Assembly (NCBI GenBank): GCA_964342465.1
Contig: CAYFFQ010000002.1
Location: 62,557 to 126,556, forward strand
DNA length: 64,000 nt
From: an uncultured Candidatus Poseidoniales archaeon
GTDB taxonomy: Archaea; Thermoplasmatota; Poseidoniia; Poseidoniales; Thalassarchaeaceae
Direction: 5' to 3'
Positions 18,944 to 27,827 of this stretch are shown piece after piece; the stretch's first letter is position 1, and each line of letters starts with the position of its first letter. Made by a program: the position numbers and the translations under genes. The notes below the pieces were generated by a model. The model saw only the letters and a list, made by a program, of their open reading frames with translations. It searched no databases and had not been told where the DNA came from.

Positions 18944-19758
18944 GCTTTCATCTCCCTGAACCGCTTTTCAGTGGCGAGTGCATCAGCGAGAACCTCTTCC
19001 CACGGTCGCACATAAGGGACTGGGTCTATGCGCCCGATGGCGTGGAAAGCGAGTATTCGCTCGACATCTGCAGCAGAAGTCCCAGCAGACCTTCCCCTTT
19101 CGTCTGGATTGTATGATGTATTGGTGTTTGCGAAGACGGTATCAAAATCAAGGCCGAGTTTTTCGATGGATAGTTCCGCATCCCTGAGAATACCCTCTTT
19201 GTCATCATGAATATAGGGGAGAGTGAACTCAACTGAATCAGAATCCCAGTTTCCTGCCTTGAAAGCATCTGCTAGGGCGTGGTAGAACTGAGGTCGGCAA
19301 TCCGGATAGATTGCGTGGTCTCCAGAATGGACCCCCAATGCAATCTCTACCTGTATTCCCTCTTTCACCGCTGTTGAAAGTGCGTGAGCATAGAGAATGG
19401 ATGCGAAAATGGCATTGCGATTGGGAACGACGGTCAGTTTCATCTGCTCCTCTTCATAATGTCCGGTTGGAACTTCGACCCTTTCATCAGTCAAAGCTGA
19501 GTGAAGCGATGACATCGCTGAGGTCAAATCGATGAATGAGTGGGTGACATGATGTCCGTTCCGGGCAAGATAATTCAGATTTGCTTCAGCCCGTTGCAGT
19601 TCGATGTGGTGTTTCTGACCGTAGTCAAATGAGATTGTATGGACTTCGTAACCTTCAGCCAGTAGGTGTAGAAGTAGTGAAGTGGAATCCATCCCACCAG
19701 AGAGAGCCATGACAGCACATTTCCTCATACTCATCACCCCTCGCCCAGTCGGCATCAA
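18940..19758 (-). CDS. queC: 7-cyano-7-deazaguanine (preQ0) synthase QueC
   Basis: PP-loop SGGMDS, and a C-terminal Zn-binding region. Confidence 0.9.
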   Translation of the reverse strand: MMPTGRGVMSMRKCAVMALSGGMDSTSLLLHLLAEGYEVHTISFDYGQKHHIELQRAEANLNYLARNGHHVTHSFIDLTSAMSSLHSALTDERVEVPTGHYEEEQMKLTVVPNRNAIFASILYAHALSTAVKEGIQVEIALGVHSGDHAIYPDCRPQFYHALADAFKAGNWDSDSVEFTLPYIHDDKEGILRDAELSIEKLGLDFDTVFANTNTSYNPDERGRSAGTSAADVERILAFHAIGRIDPVPYVRPWEEVLADALATEKRFREMKA

Positions 19759-20462
19759 TCAACTCCCAGCCATTTGTGAGTTTGTAGGGAGAGGCACCAA
19801 CCGCTGTTGTTCTTGACCATCTCAACCGTGGACCGGAAGTTCCTGCCGTTCCATTCCACCCCTCTCTCCTCATCATACAGCGGCTGTAGATAGTGGTGGG
19901 AAAATCCTTTCATCAGTTCTTCATACATCTCGAGTGGCTGGCCCAACCAGACGACTTTGAGTTCGTCACCCTCGAGTTGCCGAATTTTGACATTTGGGTA
20001 GATCTGGTCTTTTGGGGAGACACAAATCCAATTTACGACATCCTTGGGAACCTCAATCGTGCCGTTGGTTTCAAGCCATAATTCATACCCCATTGGTCTG
20101 AGAACTCTTGAAAGCGTCGTAAGGTCCTGTAATGCCGGCTCGCCGCCGGTGAGGACGATGCGATTGCAATCCCATGGAGCCAATTCCCTAATTATTCGGC
20201 GAAGAGTCAGGTTCTCCCACTCGGCGAAGTTCGTGTCACACCATTCACAAGCGAGGTTGCATCCACCAAAACGGATGAAGACTGCCGCTGCACCAGAATG
20301 ATACCCTTCTCCTTGGATTGAGTAGAACATCTCCACCACTGGGAACTCCTGGTCAAGGGGGTCATCGGTGGTCACTCCTCTGGGGGGGAGAATGGATTCA
20401 TCGATGATGGTTGCGAGTGGAAGGGCGGTCAGTTCAGGCGGCTGTTCTTTCATCGACTTCAC
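19755..20462 (-). CDS. queE: 7-carboxy-7-deazaguanine synthase QueE (radical SAM)
   Basis: Has the GGCNLACEWCDT cluster-binding motif. Confidence 0.85.
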   Translation of the reverse strand: MKSMKEQPPELTALPLATIIDESILPPRGVTTDDPLDQEFPVVEMFYSIQGEGYHSGAAAVFIRFGGCNLACEWCDTNFAEWENLTLRRIIRELAPWDCNRIVLTGGEPALQDLTTLSRVLRPMGYELWLETNGTIEVPKDVVNWICVSPKDQIYPNVKIRQLEGDELKVVWLGQPLEMYEELMKGFSHHYLQPLYDEERGVEWNGRNFRSTVEMVKNNSGWCLSLQTHKWLGVD

Positions 20463-21043
20463 CTAGACAGCGGCGCACTCCTGATTAGTTGCATCAACTC
20501 TGTGCGAGCATCTGACCTGTCGAAAAAGACACCTCGCATCTGCGAGGTGGTCATAATCGAGTTCTGTTTCTTCACACCGCGGCACTGCATACAGCCATGA
20601 GCTGCCTCGAGGATGACAGCGCAACCCAACGGCCGCAGGTGTTTCTCTAAGTCATCAGCAATGCTCTTGGTTATTCGTTCCTGATTTTGTAGTCGGCGCG
20701 AATGCATTTCGATAATTCGCGCCAATTTGCTGATCCCAACAATTCGGTCAGTCGGAATGTATGCAACATGCCCCCTGCCACTGAATGGTTGGAGATGATG
20801 TTCACAGGTGGAATGAAATTCGATGTCACGCAGAAGAACGATTCCATCGTATCCTTCGGCGTTGAAAGTGGCATCGAGAACTTCAGCAGCCTCTTGGTTA
20901 TAGCCGGAGAATATCTCCTCGAAGGAGTCAATCACTCTTCTCGGAGTACTCACAAGCCCCTCTCTGAGGTCACCGTTCGCCCCTTCTATGAAGCGGACGA
21001 GGGTATCCACCGCTCTCTCTGCTTCGCTTCTTGCAACCATCAT
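20459..21043 (-). CDS. folE: GTP cyclohydrolase I (FolE)
   Basis: Has HSTCEHHL and GHVAYIP....G.SKLARI motifs. It overlaps the adjacent genes by 4 nt. Confidence 0.85.
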   Translation of the reverse strand: MMVARSEAERAVDTLVRFIEGANGDLREGLVSTPRRVIDSFEEIFSGYNQEAAEVLDATFNAEGYDGIVLLRDIEFHSTCEHHLQPFSGRGHVAYIPTDRIVGISKLARIIEMHSRRLQNQERITKSIADDLEKHLRPLGCAVILEAAHGCMQCRGVKKQNSIMTTSQMRGVFFDRSDARTELMQLIRSAPLSR

Positions 21044-21240
21044 TCATCACCATTGATGCGACCGTGCCTCTCATCAATCTCATCGAGTTGGTCCAACAAT
21101 TTCCTACACGCAGTTCTGACTGCATCTGCAAGACTGACGAACTTCCTGTGGTCGCCGACATGCCTTTTCAGGTCGTCTAAAAGTTCGCTGGGCATATCGA
21201 GACTGATTTTCGGCATTGGTTTCGGCGGGTGTCGGCCCAT
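21040..21240 (-). CDS. Small ribbon-helix-helix (CopG/NikR-N-like) DNA-binding protein heading the folE-queEDC operon
   Basis: KISLDMPSELLDDLKRHV is a beta-strand/helix RHH signature. 66 aa. It overlaps folE by 4 nt. Confidence 0.5.
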   Translation of the reverse strand: MGRHPPKPMPKISLDMPSELLDDLKRHVGDHRKFVSLADAVRTACRKLLDQLDEIDERHGRINGDE

Positions 21241-21245
21241 TGATA

Positions 21246-21274
21246 AGTATTACTATAGTATTATCCAAGTATTA
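21246..21274 (-). promoter_or_regulatory. Three exact AGTATTA (TAATACT in gene orientation) direct repeats at 11-bp spacing, 6 nt upstream of the RHH start: putative RHH operator overlapping the promoter
   Basis: Boxes at 21246-21252, 21257-21263 and 21268-21274. This is one-helical-turn phasing, and the boxes are embedded in an AT-rich TATA-like stretch. Confidence 0.4.
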
Positions 21275-21285
21275 GTCAGGGCGAC

Positions 21286-22542
21286 TCATGAGATACTCTC
21301 GACCAAGTCTTCCCTGTTGAACTGCCGTGAGGCCCAAGCCACTGCCAATAGGGTGTAAAGCAGGCTCGTCGAGACCCAGATGAGGATGTGCAGAGGTTCT
21401 TCCACCCCGAGCAGAGCCTCTCTCATGGCGAGGCAGATATTCAGGACGGGGGCGGCAAACCACCACAACTCAATACCCTCGAGATTGACGAAGAGAGCGA
21501 ACATAGGTGGGGCGATGAATGCCAGCATAAGTGGGGCGAGGGTCGTGCCAGCCTCTTTGACCGAATGGGCGCGTACGGCGAGTGCGAGTTCTATGGCTAC
21601 GACAGATATGGCATACAACAGAATTGCCAGCAGAAGCGCACCGATTGCAGTAATTGTCAAATCCGGAAGGGAGAATATTCCACTTGGGAACAGTAGCAGG
21701 AAGCCGAAAATCAGCCACAAACTCTGGAATGAGACGACGACCAATACGATGATGACCACCGCCAGCCATTTCCCAAACAGGAGTTCAAAGCGGCTGGCCG
21801 AAGTCGAGAGGAGAGATTCCATCGTTCCTCGCTCCCTCTCACCTGCGGTCATATCTATCGCTGGCTGCATGGCGAATGATGCCACCCACAGTGCGACCAT
21901 CAGGGGTATCATCATAGAAAGGGTGAATCCGGTGAATTCGGAAGCGGTGGCAACATCGGCATCCGCTGGCGCACCAGACCAACTGATAGGGTCAACCGCT
22001 TCTTCATAGGTCAGACCGGTGACCGCCAAGTTTCGGTTGATGACCTCAGATTCCCAACCTGAGATTCCATCCTTCAAGCGGTTGGAAGCCTCCCGTGACC
22101 TCTCGTTGGTAGAATCATAAAGAACAGCATATTCCCACGATTCGGTGCTGTTGGTCTGCGTCGGTGACAATCTTAAAATTGCATGTAAATCTCCATTTCG
22201 CACCCCCTCCCGCAACCGTTTTCCGTCCTCGCCTGGGTTTGAAAGGTCACTCTCGTCACCGAGTTTTTCGACAATAAAGGTGATGTTGCTGCCATTGAAT
22301 TGGTGTGTGAGTCCTTCAGGTACACTCTCACCCTCAACGACCTCCACCAAGACGGTCAGACTCACCGACTCAAGTTCGTTGATTTCTCCGGCGAGAAAGA
22401 GGGGAAGTGCCACGAAAATGATGGGTAAGAGGATGAGTGGGACTACGAGCATGGCGACAATTGTACGCCAATCTCGTATTACCTCCAACACCTCCTTGTG
22501 TGCGACAGTGAAACAGACCTTGAGCGAATGACGGGCCATCAC
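21286..22542 (-). CDS. ABC-2 family transporter permease with a large extracytoplasmic loop
   Basis: An N-terminal TM helix, a ~180-aa loop, then 5 C-terminal TM helices. Translationally coupled to the upstream ATPase. Confidence 0.7.
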   Translation of the reverse strand: MMARHSLKVCFTVAHKEVLEVIRDWRTIVAMLVVPLILLPIIFVALPLFLAGEINELESVSLTVLVEVVEGESVPEGLTHQFNGSNITFIVEKLGDESDLSNPGEDGKRLREGVRNGDLHAILRLSPTQTNSTESWEYAVLYDSTNERSREASNRLKDGISGWESEVINRNLAVTGLTYEEAVDPISWSGAPADADVATASEFTGFTLSMMIPLMVALWVASFAMQPAIDMTAGERERGTMESLLSTSASRFELLFGKWLAVVIIVLVVVSFQSLWLIFGFLLLFPSGIFSLPDLTITAIGALLLAILLYAISVVAIELALAVRAHSVKEAGTTLAPLMLAFIAPPMFALFVNLEGIELWWFAAPVLNICLAMREALLGVEEPLHILIWVSTSLLYTLLAVAWASRQFNREDLVESIS

Positions 22543-23411
22543 TCTTCCTCCTCAACTTGGCCTTGTCGCAACCGTCTTCGGAAGATATTCATCGTTGTAA
22601 GAGAGAGCCATTTCTGTTGGAACCAACCCTCTTCATCACCATCATTTACCTCCCTGCTCGCATCAGGTGTCAAGGCAACATAGGCATCTTCAAGAGTATG
22701 GGTGGCGGTCAACTCCATCAGTTGCACGGGGCTTCCGTCTGCCCTGAGTGTCCCATTGTGGATGACTACGATTCGGTCACATACCTTTTCTGCTTCAGCA
22801 AGGTGATGGGTGCTGTAGATTACCGTCCGCCCCTGGTCTCGCAACATTCCCACGAGTTCTCTCACCTTCCTCGCGCTGGTCACATCCAAACCGGCAGTCG
22901 GCTCATCAAGGAGGAGTAATTCTGGGTCGTGTGCAAGGGCGCGTAGAAGAACGGTTTTCTGACGCATTCCACGACTGAATCCTCGGGTAGCGCGGTGAAG
23001 TGCATCTTCGATGTCCAAGACTTTGGCGATTCTCAAAGTTCGATTCCACGCCTGAATGTCGGGTATTCCGGCGATTCGTGAGTGATAACGGATGTTTTCC
23101 CATGCCGTGAGACGATGATAGAGACCGGATGCTTCTGGAACCACCCCCAATCTCTCCCTCACCGTGTCTACGGGTTTTTCATGGCCGTTCTTGGTGATGT
23201 GGACGACTTCGCCGTCGGTTGGGCGATAGAGTCCACAGAGTAGGCGTAGAAGGGTGGTTTTCCCTGCTCCATTCCCACCGACCAATCCAACAACGTCACC
23301 GCGGTTGAAATCCAAGGAGATGTTGGTCAATGCGGTGATTTCTCCGAAATTCTTGCTGACGGTGCGAACTGAGAGAAGGGTGTTGGGCATGGTTGAAATC
23401 ACCGGCGGCAA
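22539..23411 (-). CDS. ABC transporter ATP-binding protein
   Basis: Walker A GGNGAGKTT, the Q-loop, the signature SRGMRQK, and Walker B LLLLDEPTAGLD. Confidence 0.85.
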   Translation of the reverse strand: MPPVISTMPNTLLSVRTVSKNFGEITALTNISLDFNRGDVVGLVGGNGAGKTTLLRLLCGLYRPTDGEVVHITKNGHEKPVDTVRERLGVVPEASGLYHRLTAWENIRYHSRIAGIPDIQAWNRTLRIAKVLDIEDALHRATRGFSRGMRQKTVLLRALAHDPELLLLDEPTAGLDVTSARKVRELVGMLRDQGRTVIYSTHHLAEAEKVCDRIVVIHNGTLRADGSPVQLMELTATHTLEDAYVALTPDASREVNDGDEEGWFQQKWLSLTTMNIFRRRLRQGQVEEEE

Positions 23412-23776
23412 AGGGCCACTGCTGCACCCAAGGCGGGGTGTGCTTCATCAATTCTGCCCGCCCTATCATGTAGTTGTCTGAGGTGGTCGCGCACTTCCTC
23501 ATCAGAAATGCCGAGGTCGAGAAGGTTTGCCAACATCGACAGACCACCTTCGATGGCGCCCGCATCGAGGTATGAATCGTTGGAGATGACTCCATTCACC
23601 CGCAGGTTTTCGAGGGCGTTTTGAAGGAACTCCACCTCAACCCTAACCGTTTCCGCATTCAGATTGTGGGTCGCCATCAGGTGCTCAATGCAGTTCTGCA
23701 TGGAGCGCCGACCGTGAGGTTGGTTTTGACGGTTCCCGTGGCGGAGATACAATGGATAAAAAAGGTGGGCTCGCAT
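23399..23776 (-). CDS. Hypothetical small protein, first gene of the ABC operon (internal ATGs at 23701 and 23677 are alternative starts)
   Basis: It overlaps the ATPase by 13 nt. A TATA-like AATATAAT lies ~20 nt upstream, consistent with a leaderless start. No family recognised. Confidence 0.35.
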   Translation of the reverse strand: MRAHLFYPLYLRHGNRQNQPHGRRSMQNCIEHLMATHNLNAETVRVEVEFLQNALENLRVNGVISNDSYLDAGAIEGGLSMLANLLDLGISDEEVRDHLRQLHDRAGRIDEAHPALGAAVALCRR

Positions 23777-23815
23777 TTATCCGCATCTACATTGATTATA
23801 TTGTGGCGTATCCTC

Positions 23816-24060
23816 TTTGATACACCTGCGCACAGGTTGAGTGGATGGGACTCTGTCCGGCATCGACCCCTGCCACGTTGATACACCTGCGCACAGGTTG
23901 AGTGGATGGGACTCTGTCCAGCATCGACCCCTGCCACGTTGATTCACCTGCGCACACATTGGAGGGGTGGGACTCTGACCTGCATCGCCCCCTGCCACAT
24001 TGATTCACCTGCGCACAGGTTGGAGGGTGGGACTCAGACCGGCATCGAGCCCCGAGCCAT
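23816..24060. repeat. Tandem array of four 61-bp units, each starting TTGATwCACCTGCGCACAggtt (palindromic CACCTG-N4-CAGGT core), immediately upstream of the ABC-operon promoter
   Basis: Units begin at 23816, 23877, 23938 and 23999. Units 1 and 2 differ by 1 nt. Units 3 and 4 are degenerate downstream of the conserved 20-bp head. Confidence 0.8.
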
Positions 24061-24174
24061 CTGAAGGAGCAGAGGTGAGATGGGTGAGCGAGGCTAGTTC
24101 GCACCGATTGGCAGCACTAGATTACGAGCAGAGGCGAGACCTTACTCTCGTTGGTATGAATCACACCACCAATT

Positions 24175-24579
24175 TCATTTTTCAACCAATTCTACCAGCA
24201 CACCGCCAGTGGATTTTGGGTGAACGAAGGCAATCTTGCTACCATGAGCACCACTCTTCGGTGTCGAATCAATCATCTCAACGCCCGCTGAGGTCAATTT
24301 GGTTATCGTTTGGACGAGGTCATCGACTTCAAAGGCGAGTTGTTGAACGCCGGCACCACGCTTTTCGATGAATCGACCGATCGGAGTTTCAGGAGCAGTC
24401 GCCTCTAAGAGTTCGATTTGCGGTGGCTCACCCCTATGTAGTGGGAGAAAGAGCAACTTCACACCCTGTTCATCATTCGTCTCAACCTCTCCCGTAGCAC
24501 TCAATCCCATCAATTCCCAGAACCTTCTACCAGATTCGATGTCATGCACAGCGATGCCTATGTGGTCCAGTCTCACCAT
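24175..24579 (-). CDS. mce: Methylmalonyl-CoA epimerase (VOC/glyoxalase family)
   Basis: LDHIGIAVHDIE and the VOC fold. It lies immediately downstream of the methylmalonyl-CoA mutase large subunit. Confidence 0.7.
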   Translation of the reverse strand: MVRLDHIGIAVHDIESGRRFWELMGLSATGEVETNDEQGVKLLFLPLHRGEPPQIELLEATAPETPIGRFIEKRGAGVQQLAFEVDDLVQTITKLTSAGVEMIDSTPKSGAHGSKIAFVHPKSTGGVLVELVEK

Positions 24580-24583
24580 ATCT

Positions 24584-26179
24584 TCACACTCCGCTGACAG
24601 CCCGATAAGTGCCGAAGACCTCTCTCAGATTATCGCATATCTCCTGCAATGTGCATTCCGCCTTGACCGCAGCGACAATTGCTTCCATGGTATTGCCCCC
24701 CCCATCTGCGGCGACCTTCAGTTCAGAAAGGGCGAGTCCAACCTTGTGGGGATTCCTTGAATTTCGCAACACTTGTAATCCCTCTACCTTCATCGCTTGC
24801 AGGTCGGGGTCAATCGTCTGTCCACCATCAGGTCTATCCTCCTCTGCTTCAATAGCGTGGTTGACGCCGACCACCTTGGTTTCAAGATTATCCTGATTCA
24901 TCTGTTCAGCCCATGCAGATTCATGGAGGCGGCGCTGTTGAAAACCCTCTTCAATCGCTTGTAATGCACCACCCTTGCGGTCAATCTCCTCTATCAGAGC
25001 CAACGACCTTGCATACATCTCATCGGTGAGTTGCTCAACATACCACGAACCTCCGAGCGGGTCTACGACATCCCTCACCCCGGTCTCCTCAGCGAGAATC
25101 TGTTGTGTTCTGAGAGCTATCGTGGCAGACTTGTCAGTGGGAAGACCAATCGCTTCATCGTAGGAATTGGTGTGGAGGGATTGAGTGCCACCGAGGACGG
25201 ACGACAGTGCTTGATATGATACTCTGACTATGTTGTTCAATGGCTGTTGGGCGGTCAATGTGACACCAGCAGTCTGGGTGTGAAATCTCAATTTGCAAGA
25301 CCTTTCATTTCGAGGTGAGAATCTCTCTTTCATCAGGTCATGCCAGAGCCTTCGGGCGGCCCTGAATTTGGCGACCTCTTCAAAGAAATCATTGTGACAA
25401 CCGAAGAAGAAGGAGAGCCGCGGAGCGAAATCATCAACATCCAATCCACTATCTACTGTCGCTTGAACATAAGCAATCGCGTTGGCCAGTGTGAACGCCA
25501 ATTCCTCAATCGCAGTCGCACCCGCCTCTCTGATATGATACCCAGATATACTGATGGTGTTCCATTTGGGTGTGTTGTCTCTACACCATGAAATGGCATC
25601 TGTAATCAGTCTCATTGAAGGCTCAGGTGGGAAAATATATGTTCCTCTAGCGATGTATTCCTTGAGAATATCGTTCTGAATAGTCCCTTTCAATTCGACC
25701 GGTGGAACTCCCCTCTCCTCTGCGACGGCGACATACATAGCTAGGAGTACCGCAGCGGGAGCATTGATGGTCATCGAAGTAGAGACGCATCTAAGGTCAA
25801 TGCCATCGAACAGTTCTCTCATGTCATGTATTGAATCAATGGCGACTCCTACTCGCCCAACCTCTCCTATCGACATGGCATCGTCTGAATCGAGACCGAG
25901 TTGAGTTGGCAGGTCAAAAGCGACTGAGAGGCCGGTCTGACCCTTCTCAAGAAGTTGGTGGAATCTCCTGTTCGTCTCTTTGGCGCTGCTGAATCCAGCG
26001 TACTGCCGCATCGTCCAAACCTTACCCCTGTACATTGAGGAGTGGACGCCACGTGTGTATGGTGGCAAGCCGGGAAGTTCAGGGTCCTGCTGTCCATCCA
26101 CACAAGGAAGGGGTATCTCCGGAATGGGGATGCCAGCGCGAGTTTTTTTCGTCGAGTCATCACCCGCCAATCCATTCAC
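24584..26179 (-). CDS. Methylmalonyl-CoA mutase, large (substrate-binding/catalytic) subunit
   Basis: Has TRGVHSSMYRGKVWTMRQYAGF...AFDLPTQLGLDSD...ISGYHIREAGA motifs. The start codon is GTG per the ORF track. No B12-binding subunit in the window. Confidence 0.85.
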   Translation of the reverse strand: MNGLAGDDSTKKTRAGIPIPEIPLPCVDGQQDPELPGLPPYTRGVHSSMYRGKVWTMRQYAGFSSAKETNRRFHQLLEKGQTGLSVAFDLPTQLGLDSDDAMSIGEVGRVGVAIDSIHDMRELFDGIDLRCVSTSMTINAPAAVLLAMYVAVAEERGVPPVELKGTIQNDILKEYIARGTYIFPPEPSMRLITDAISWCRDNTPKWNTISISGYHIREAGATAIEELAFTLANAIAYVQATVDSGLDVDDFAPRLSFFFGCHNDFFEEVAKFRAARRLWHDLMKERFSPRNERSCKLRFHTQTAGVTLTAQQPLNNIVRVSYQALSSVLGGTQSLHTNSYDEAIGLPTDKSATIALRTQQILAEETGVRDVVDPLGGSWYVEQLTDEMYARSLALIEEIDRKGGALQAIEEGFQQRRLHESAWAEQMNQDNLETKVVGVNHAIEAEEDRPDGGQTIDPDLQAMKVEGLQVLRNSRNPHKVGLALSELKVAADGGGNTMEAIVAAVKAECTLQEICDNLREVFGTYRAVSGV

Positions 26180-26216
26180 CTGTGGTGGCGAAGAGGAGTC
26201 AAGTCATTATTGTTGG

Positions 26217-26693
26217 TCAATGGTGATGGCCATCGCCACCGTGAGCGTGTCCGTGGGCAATCTCTTCCTCAGTCGCATCTCTGATTTCAACTACTTCCAC
26301 TTCGAATTTCAGAGCTCTGCCAGCCAATGGATGGTTGAAATCACATTTGATGTAGGCATCGGTCAATGCTACCACTCTGAATCGACCCATCGCTGATTCT
26401 AGAGTCATGCCGAGTTCAACAGCCAAGTCGGGCGGGAACTCGGTGGATGGAATCTCGATGATGGCCTCTTCGGTCTGTTCACCGTAAGCATCTTCTGCCA
26501 TCAGCGTGAACTCTCGCTTCTCACCTGATGCGGCCCCCATCATCTCTCGCTCGAACCCAGGGATCATGTTTTGGTGTCCAACGAGATAGCCGAGCGGTTC
26601 ACCCCCCTCGCTCGTATCAAAGACCTCACCTGATTCAGGGAAAGTCCCTTTGTAGTGTACAAGCACAATTTTATCGTTTTCAATCATCGTCAT
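26217..26693 (-). CDS. slyD: FKBP-type peptidyl-prolyl isomerase SlyD-like with a His-rich metal-binding tail
   Basis: FKBP core (VLVHYKG......FDTS) with an IF insert. The C-terminus reads HGHAHGGDGHHH. Confidence 0.8.
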   Translation of the reverse strand: MTMIENDKIVLVHYKGTFPESGEVFDTSEGGEPLGYLVGHQNMIPGFEREMMGAASGEKREFTLMAEDAYGEQTEEAIIEIPSTEFPPDLAVELGMTLESAMGRFRVVALTDAYIKCDFNHPLAGRALKFEVEVVEIRDATEEEIAHGHAHGGDGHHH

Positions 26694-26697
26694 TCAA

Positions 26698-27726
26698 TCA
26701 CCTCTTGGTCTTATATCCTTTCAAGACTTTTATGATTCTGTTCGCTGCATCTTCACTGAGGATGCCGTCTTCACATTTCTCTGAGATGAACTCGATAGCA
26801 TCATCTATACCCTGCCTCTCACCTTTGGCCCAAGTTGAGCCGAGGAGACCGGCCCGTTCCTCCTCAGCGACATCCTCCTCCTGCATGATTTCGCGCAAAT
26901 CAACTTTGAATTCCATATATTTTCGTCGGTTCAATTTGACAACCCGTTTGACTGGTGCCCCCTCAGCCCTAGCCCTCTTTCGTTTCTGTGCTAGGCGACG
27001 CTTTTCCTCGGATTGCTTTTCGCTGGCGGATTTTCGGGTGATGAGGTGCTCAGGTAGGATGGTTGCCAACAATTCCTCGTTTGAAAGTATGCCGCCAACT
27101 TCCTCCGCAACTTCAATTCCAGAATCTCTCGCAGATTGTTTGCTCTGGGAAATCAGGTCTTTGGTGTAATCCTCAACCTTCGGTTTGGGTTTCACCTCTT
27201 TTTTCGTCTCGTCGTTTTTTCTGAGGCCAATACTACGTACTTTTCCTGCCGCTGCCGCCGGCCCGGCCGGTTCTGACGTTGCGCTTGGCACCTCAGGTGT
27301 CGCAGTGACTGTCGCCTCAATCACCTCGGATTGAGATGTTGATGCATCTATCTCTGTTTCATCACGAATGTCACCATTATCCTGCTCTATGACCACCGAA
27401 TCATCTTCGACGACGGGCGCAACCATGTCATCTATTTCCTCAACTTCAGGTTCAGGTTGTGGTGAGGTTGTCTTTGGTGAGAGATAACTCTCTGGAATGG
27501 CGACGTTCTTTGACGATGCTGGATCCTCGACAGGTGGTAGAGGGGGAGGAGTATGGTCGGCGATGTAGGAAGTTGGTTTTGGGGCGGAGCGTTTTTCTCT
27601 CGGGAGGGGGCCCTTCTGTTGCTTTGACCCTTTCTTGGCATAGATGTCATCCGGCCCCTTTTTCGGTCGCCTTCTTCTCCTATGCACCGATGGACACCCT
27701 CTGTTGAATCGCCTCCTAATGCCCAC
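26698..27726 (-). CDS. Hypothetical highly charged/disordered protein (basic N-terminus, acidic middle, basic C-terminal ~90-aa folded region)
   Basis: No family recognised. Tightly linked (4-nt gap) to slyD. The start is uncertain. Confidence 0.4.
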   Translation of the reverse strand: MGIRRRFNRGCPSVHRRRRRPKKGPDDIYAKKGSKQQKGPLPREKRSAPKPTSYIADHTPPPLPPVEDPASSKNVAIPESYLSPKTTSPQPEPEVEEIDDMVAPVVEDDSVVIEQDNGDIRDETEIDASTSQSEVIEATVTATPEVPSATSEPAGPAAAAGKVRSIGLRKNDETKKEVKPKPKVEDYTKDLISQSKQSARDSGIEVAEEVGGILSNEELLATILPEHLITRKSASEKQSEEKRRLAQKRKRARAEGAPVKRVVKLNRRKYMEFKVDLREIMQEEDVAEEERAGLLGSTWAKGERQGIDDAIEFISEKCEDGILSEDAANRIIKVLKGYKTKR

Positions 27727-27827
27727 CCCTCATAACTCTTACACTCGGCTATTGGAGAAGAGAGGTTGGAGTAGAGTGAATTGGAGATGACGAATCACCA
27801 ACTGTAGACATTTCTGAAGATGAGGAT

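Noticed and set aside
21380-22009. 209-aa ORF antisense to the ABC-2 permease
   Set aside because: It is embedded opposite a well-supported membrane-protein gene. The composition is low-complexity Ser/Ala/Arg, typical of antisense frames.
23816-24060. Possible CRISPR array (61-bp period is close to a repeat-plus-spacer length)
   Set aside because: The 'spacers' are degenerate copies of one another (units 1 and 2 differ by 1 nt over the full 61 bp). There is no leader and no cas genes. It is a plain tandem duplication.
23677-24104. ORF-track ORFs 23677-23937(-), 23777-23998(-), 23796-24104(-) and 24000-24371(+)
   Set aside because: They are periodic translations of the 61-bp tandem array. 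The repetitive peptide sequence is an artefact of the repeat.
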